64,000 nt of DNA from Bacteroidia bacterium (lineage in GTDB: Bacteria > Bacteroidota > Bacteroidia > UBA4408). The notes under the pieces were generated by a model. The model made no database searches, was not told the origin of the DNA, and saw only the letters and a program-made list of their open reading frames with translations. A program made the translations under genes and the position numbers. Positions 59,542 through 64,000 of the stretch are shown piece after piece (within the stretch, counting starts at the first letter, position 1; each line of letters opens with the position of its first letter). The stretch covers positions 13,889-77,888 of the forward strand of contig JBILPB010000001.1 of assembly GCA_044374175.1 (NCBI GenBank), read 5' to 3'.

Positions 59542-62500
59542 ATGTATATGAAATCAAAAACACTTCGTTTCTTTTTAGTATTTATACTAATCCCATTTGC
59601 AGTTTTTAGCCAATCAAAAATTTGGGGAATTACAAACAAAGGGGGAAGCGGAACTATAGGCACCGTTTACAGCACTGATAATAATGGAAGCAATCAATTA
59701 TTGCTCAATGAGTTTTTAGCCAATAATGCAGGGAGCAAACCTACAGGCAACTTAATTGAAGTGAATAATAAACTTTATGGTTTTACTTCCGAAGGTGGAA
59801 CTTCAAACAAAGGTGTTCTTTTTAGTTTTGACATAACTACCCAGCAATATGCCTTGCTGTTCAATTTTGATGGTACACCAAATGGTGCAACACCAAAAGG
59901 AAGTTTGATGTTAGCTAATAATGGTTTGTTGTATGGTGTTACCTCAAAAGGTGGCCTTAATGATGGAGGTGTGTTGTTTTCTTTTGATATCAATACCAGC
60001 ACATTTACTAAATTACATGACTTTACATTTGCAAGTGGTATTGAACCAGATGGTGCGCTTGTAGAGCAAACTATTGGTGAACTTTATGGTGTTACATTTA
60101 GAGGAGGTGTAAGTGATAAAGGGGTGCTTTTTAAATTTACAATTGCTGGAAACAACTATCAAAATTTATATAATTTTAATGCCTTAAATGGCGAAAATCC
60201 AAGAGGTACTTTGCTTAAAACCCCAAATGGTTATTTAATGGGATTAACCAGTAATGGTGGGGTTAACAGTAGAGGTGTAGTTTTTGGATATAGGGTAAGT
60301 TCTAGTACTTTTACAAAACATGTTGATTTTAGTGCTGTTGTAGGTGGTAATCCAGAAGGCAGTTTAGTATTTCACCCCATAACAGGAAAATGCTACGGGC
60401 TGGCAGCCAATGATGGTGTAAATAGTCAAGGCACCTTGTTTCAAGTGGATACTAATGGAACAGCATTTTTAAAAATTTATGATTTTCAACAATTGACGGG
60501 AGGACATCCAAAAGGATCTTTGACCTTGGCTGGCAGTAGCAAACTTTTAGGCAACACTTATGATGGTGGTCCAGCCAACTATGGGGTTGCCTTTACCATT
60601 AACACCAATGGTTCAAATTATAATGCAAGTGGTATTTTCGATTTCTTTGGTGTGGGTGCGAACTCAAGCTCAGGTTTCTACTACTCATTTCAAGAAGGAA
60701 AATATTTTACACTAACTACCAATGGAGGCAATACTTCCAATGGGATGTTGGTGAGTGTAGATACCACAAATTTTGTTTTATCTGCCGAATTTTCATTTAA
60801 TGATGCTGGTGTTGACGGTGGCTTTCCTATTGGTGGCATTGTAAAAGGGAGCAATGGAAAAGTATATGGCACCACAAGTAAAGGAGGAGCCAATGGAACA
60901 GGCACCGCATTCCAATTGGATGCCAATGGGAGCAACTTTTTAAAAATGGCAGAGTTCAATGGCACCGGTGGCGCTGACCCTAGAGGCAGTTTAATTGAAA
61001 CAGCTAACGGAAAATTTATTGGAATGTCGTTTGATGGCGGCTCTTTTAATTTTGGTTGTATTTATGAAATAGACCCTGCACTTCCATTCCCATCAACACC
61101 AATACAAAAATTAGCACTAAGTAGTGGCTTGGGAACCTATCCAAGAGGAGGAATTATAAAAGCCAACAATGGGAAATATTACGGTTTAACTTCTTCGGGT
61201 GGCGTTAATAATGATGGTGTCTTGTTTGAATATAACCCCATCACAAATAATTATATAAAACGCCATGAGTTTTCTTCATTAACTAGTGGGAGTGCCCCAG
61301 TTGGCAATTTAATACAAGCAGCTAATGGCAATTTGTATGGTTATACAAGCTCGGGAGGAGCCAATGGTGGCGGTGTAATTTTTAAATATAATCCTACAGA
61401 TTCATCTTACACAAAAATACATGATTTTAGCAATGCCTCAGGGATATCACCCGAAGGTACCATGTGCTATAATCCAGCCAATGGTTTATTGTATGGAATG
61501 ACAAAACTCGGTGGAACTAATGCTAGAGGTGTTTTGTTTTCTATTAACCCATTAAACAATACTTATGCTGCTCTGTTTAATTTTGGATTAACAAATGGCG
61601 ATTATCCCGTAGGAAAACTAGTGCGTTCTGATAATGGTAAATTATATGGATCTACGGAGTTTGGTGGTACCAATGATTTAGGGGTGTTTTTTGAGTTTAC
61701 GACTGGTGCAAATACCTATTTAAAATTATTTGATTTTAACTCTGTAAATGGTGCTAAAGCGCCATCAGAATTGTTGTTAATGAATTGTGCAGCACCTGCA
61801 ATAACAGTACAACCAATCAATGTAAACTCTTGCCCAAATAACAATGTAAGTTTTTCTTTAACAGCTTCTGGAACTGGATTAAGTTATCAATGGTATAAAA
61901 ATGGCCTAATCATAGCAGGGGCAACGAGTGCTACTTTGAACTTAAACAATGTTACTATATTAGATAATGGCAATTATCATTGCATCATTAACAATCAATG
62001 TGGTTATGTATTAACTCAGTTTGCAAAATTAAGTATTGTAAGTAAGCCAGCTTCCTTCATTACAAGATTTGGGCCTGCCGTGTTTTGCGATGGTAATTTT
62101 AATACTGAATTAAGCATCGTGTTTAATCCATTGTATACTTATCAGTGGAATTTAAATAGTACACCTATTGCTGGGGCTACCACAAATTTATACAACCCAA
62201 CACAAACGGGTAACTATACTTTAACAGTAAGCAGTGGTGTTGGTTGCGATAGTACTTCAGTTCCTGAAGCAATTACTGTGGTGGCAAATATTACAGGGAC
62301 ACCCGATATAAATGTAATTCCAAGCACTAACCTCATTTGTGGACCCACCAGTATTACTTTTGATGCAGATACTACCCTGGTGGGAATTAACCCATACTGT
62401 GAGTGGAAAAAGAATGGTTTTTTGGTTTCTAATGGGATTAATTTTTTAACCTATACTGGTATTGTACAAAATAATGATCAAATTACAGTAGAAATAATAC

Positions 62501-64000
62501 CCAACTTTTGCCCAAGCAATGTCATCTATTCTGATACATTAATCATGATTGATACTTGTGCAGCGCTTGTGATCAACATTGATTCTTTATCATCTAATAG
62601 TTTTTGTGCTGGACAATCGGCTTTGGTTTATTATCATGCCAGTAGTAATTTATTAACAGGCAATATCCTCACCGTGCAACTTTCTGATGCCAGCGGCAGC
62701 TTTACCAATGCAACCACCATTGGCACTTTATCGAGTGTAAATGCTATTGGAAGTATTAATGTAACTATTCCTGCCACTGCTGTTGGAACCGGGTATCGTA
62801 TGAGAGTAAATGTCTCCTTACCATTAAACACAGGAAATGATAACGGAGTTGATTTATATGTTTCGGTGCAGGATTTTAATTTAAGCTATGTAATAACACC
62901 AGGCACCCCATTAGTGGTGCAGCCTTTTAATGCAAGTTTTCAAAACACAACACCAAATGCATCGCTTTATAGTTTTGATTGGCATTTTGGAGATGGGACC
63001 TTTGTCAATGACACTTTAGATTATACGCACTGTTATGTAAACAATGGTGTTTATCAAACCGCTTTGGTAGCCACCGACTTGGTTTCTGGATGTACAAGCA
63101 CACTTTATGATCAAAACAACAGTAATCATAAAGTAATATGTAATGATCCTAATGCTAATAGCTGTACCCAGCCAGTAGTAGTTACTCCCAATGGTTTAAT
63201 CAATTCTTGTGTGGGAGGAAACATTTTGCTATCGTGCAATCAAGCGCCCAATTATACCTATCAATGGAGTAGAAATGGGGTGCTTATACCAGGCGAAAAC
63301 ACCTTTCAGTTGCAAGTTACACAAGCCGGTTTTTATACTGTTATTGTATATTTAAATGGGCAGTGTCCAGTAATATCTAATCCAGTACAAGTTAATTTTA
63401 ATAATCCAACACCAGCAGCGCCAACCATTACTTTTAGTGGAGGAGCAACTAACAACTGTGGGAACTCAAATGGAACCTTAACGGCTGCAGGTGCTTTTCC
63501 ATCGTTTATTTGGAGTACAGGTGAAACAGGACAATCAATTAATATCAATACCGCTGGTACTTATACGGTTATTGGTCAAGGTACGCAAGGTTGTGATGCT
63601 GTTTCTGCTCCTACCCAAGTTACAGGTCAAACTATTCCTATCCCAGAAATATGCACTGTAACCGCTATTGAGGATGATTTACATCATTTAGTTATTTGGT
63701 ATAAACCAGTAAGTGCTGTTATTGACTCCTTCATTATTATGAAAGACAGTTTAAACAACGGCAATTACACCCGAGCAGGTGCGCAAGCCTATGTTGAATT
63801 GAGTGAGTTTGAAGATTTAAACAGTAATCCGCAATTGGGTGCAGCCACTTACCGTGTTATTGCAAAAGATACCTGTGGTGGCCTTTCTCAGCCAAGTGCC
63901 CCTGTGCGCCCTATGTTTTTGCAAGTGCAAGCCAACATTGGTATTCAACGCTGGTTAAACTGGAACCAGTATATTAGTCAAACACAAAATATAAATACCT
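59542..64000 (+). CDS. Choice-of-anchor GloVer tandem-repeat protein with C-terminal Ig-like and PKD-like domains; partial, the 3' end lies beyond the window
   Basis: ATG at 59542 (alternative ATG at 59548). I translated it by eye and it stays open to position 64000, giving more than 1480 aa. The signal peptide is MYMKSKTLRFFLVFILIPFAVFSQ. About 13 ~47-aa repeats have the pattern G..P.G.L......LYG.T..GG....G.LF. Ig-like C-containing repeats follow (QWYKNGLIIAGATSATL..., NGNYHCIINNQCGYV). A PKD-like segment FDWHFGDGTFVNDTLDYTHCYVNNGVYQTALVATD is present. It is not in the ORF track because it is open-ended. Confidence 0.8.
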   Translation, partial: MYMKSKTLRFFLVFILIPFAVFSQSKIWGITNKGGSGTIGTVYSTDNNGSNQLLLNEFLANNAGSKPTGNLIEVNNKLYGFTSEGGTSNKGVLFSFDITTQQYALLFNFDGTPNGATPKGSLMLANNGLLYGVTSKGGLNDGGVLFSFDINTSTFTKLHDFTFASGIEPDGALVEQTIGELYGVTFRGGVSDKGVLFKFTIAGNNYQNLYNFNALNGENPRGTLLKTPNGYLMGLTSNGGVNSRGVVFGYRVSSSTFTKHVDFSAVVGGNPEGSLVFHPITGKCYGLAANDGVNSQGTLFQVDTNGTAFLKIYDFQQLTGGHPKGSLTLAGSSKLLGNTYDGGPANYGVAFTINTNGSNYNASGIFDFFGVGANSSSGFYYSFQEGKYFTLTTNGGNTSNGMLVSVDTTNFVLSAEFSFNDAGVDGGFPIGGIVKGSNGKVYGTTSKGGANGTGTAFQLDANGSNFLKMAEFNGTGGADPRGSLIETANGKFIGMSFDGGSFNFGCIYEIDPALPFPSTPIQKLALSSGLGTYPRGGIIKANNGKYYGLTSSGGVNNDGVLFEYNPITNNYIKRHEFSSLTSGSAPVGNLIQAANGNLYGYTSSGGANGGGVIFKYNPTDSSYTKIHDFSNASGISPEGTMCYNPANGLLYGMTKLGGTNARGVLFSINPLNNTYAALFNFGLTNGDYPVGKLVRSDNGKLYGSTEFGGTNDLGVFFEFTTGANTYLKLFDFNSVNGAKAPSELLLMNCAAPAITVQPINVNSCPNNNVSFSLTASGTGLSYQWYKNGLIIAGATSATLNLNNVTILDNGNYHCIINNQCGYVLTQFAKLSIVSKPASFITRFGPAVFCDGNFNTELSIVFNPLYTYQWNLNSTPIAGATTNLYNPTQTGNYTLTVSSGVGCDSTSVPEAITVVANITGTPDINVIPSTNLICGPTSITFDADTTLVGINPYCEWKKNGFLVSNGINFLTYTGIVQNNDQITVEIIPNFCPSNVIYSDTLIMIDTCAALVINIDSLSSNSFCAGQSALVYYHASSNLLTGNILTVQLSDASGSFTNATTIGTLSSVNAIGSINVTIPATAVGTGYRMRVNVSLPLNTGNDNGVDLYVSVQDFNLSYVITPGTPLVVQPFNASFQNTTPNASLYSFDWHFGDGTFVNDTLDYTHCYVNNGVYQTALVATDLVSGCTSTLYDQNNSNHKVICNDPNANSCTQPVVVTPNGLINSCVGGNILLSCNQAPNYTYQWSRNGVLIPGENTFQLQVTQAGFYTVIVYLNGQCPVISNPVQVNFNNPTPAAPTITFSGGATNNCGNSNGTLTAAGAFPSFIWSTGETGQSININTAGTYTVIGQGTQGCDAVSAPTQVTGQTIPIPEICTVTAIEDDLHHLVIWYKPVSAVIDSFIIMKDSLNNGNYTRAGAQAYVELSEFEDLNSNPQLGAATYRVIAKDTCGGLSQPSAPVRPMFLQVQANIGIQRWLNWNQYISQTQNINT

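Noticed and set aside
59775-63548. Minus-strand ORFs 59775-60002, 60690-60965, 62634-62831 and 63333-63548
   Set aside because: They are antisense to the long open GloVer/Ig-repeat reading frame, which is clearly coding. Their low-complexity P/L/V-rich translations mirror the sense-strand Gly/Asn codons.

Overview
This 64 kb window looks like a chromosomal segment from a low-GC (roughly 35%) Bacteroidota genome of the Flavobacteriia or Sphingobacteriia type. It has a high density of secreted proteins carrying type IX secretion (T9SS) C-terminal sorting domains. Housekeeping genes are clear: the ribosomal cluster rplM-rpsI-rpsB-tsf followed by pyrH-frr, then gcvP, rsmG, murA, thiL, dinB and era. 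There is an exbB-exbD-exbD-tonB cluster with a TonB-dependent receptor, an OmpR/histidine-kinase two-component pair, a polysaccharide-modification trio (CE4 deacetylase, GNAT, GT4) and a GT2. At least seven predicted T9SS cargo genes are present, including a 2381-aa multi-domain protein with an internal ~520-aa duplication, a 1330-aa FN3-repeat protein with near-identical 279-bp DNA tandem repeats, an 844-aa type-B-CTD Ig-repeat protein, and a GloVer-repeat protein of more than 1480 aa that runs off the 3' end of the window. I did not find rRNA, tRNA, CRISPR, transposase or integrase signatures. I found no clearly novel multi-gene system and am not confident one is present; the strongest candidates for follow-up are a tandemly duplicated, hairpin-containing non-coding block upstream of era and a propeller-sensor/PP2C phosphatase gene next to the GloVer adhesin gene. 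Lesser items are a GC-rich island with a strong hairpin downstream of the giant adhesin gene, an in-frame TAG interrupting a Kelch-repeat T9SS cargo gene, a nested-hairpin element near 37.2 kb, and a perfect 13-bp palindrome at 5.4 kb. Every functional assignment is by eye from motifs in the translated ORFs; no database search was run.
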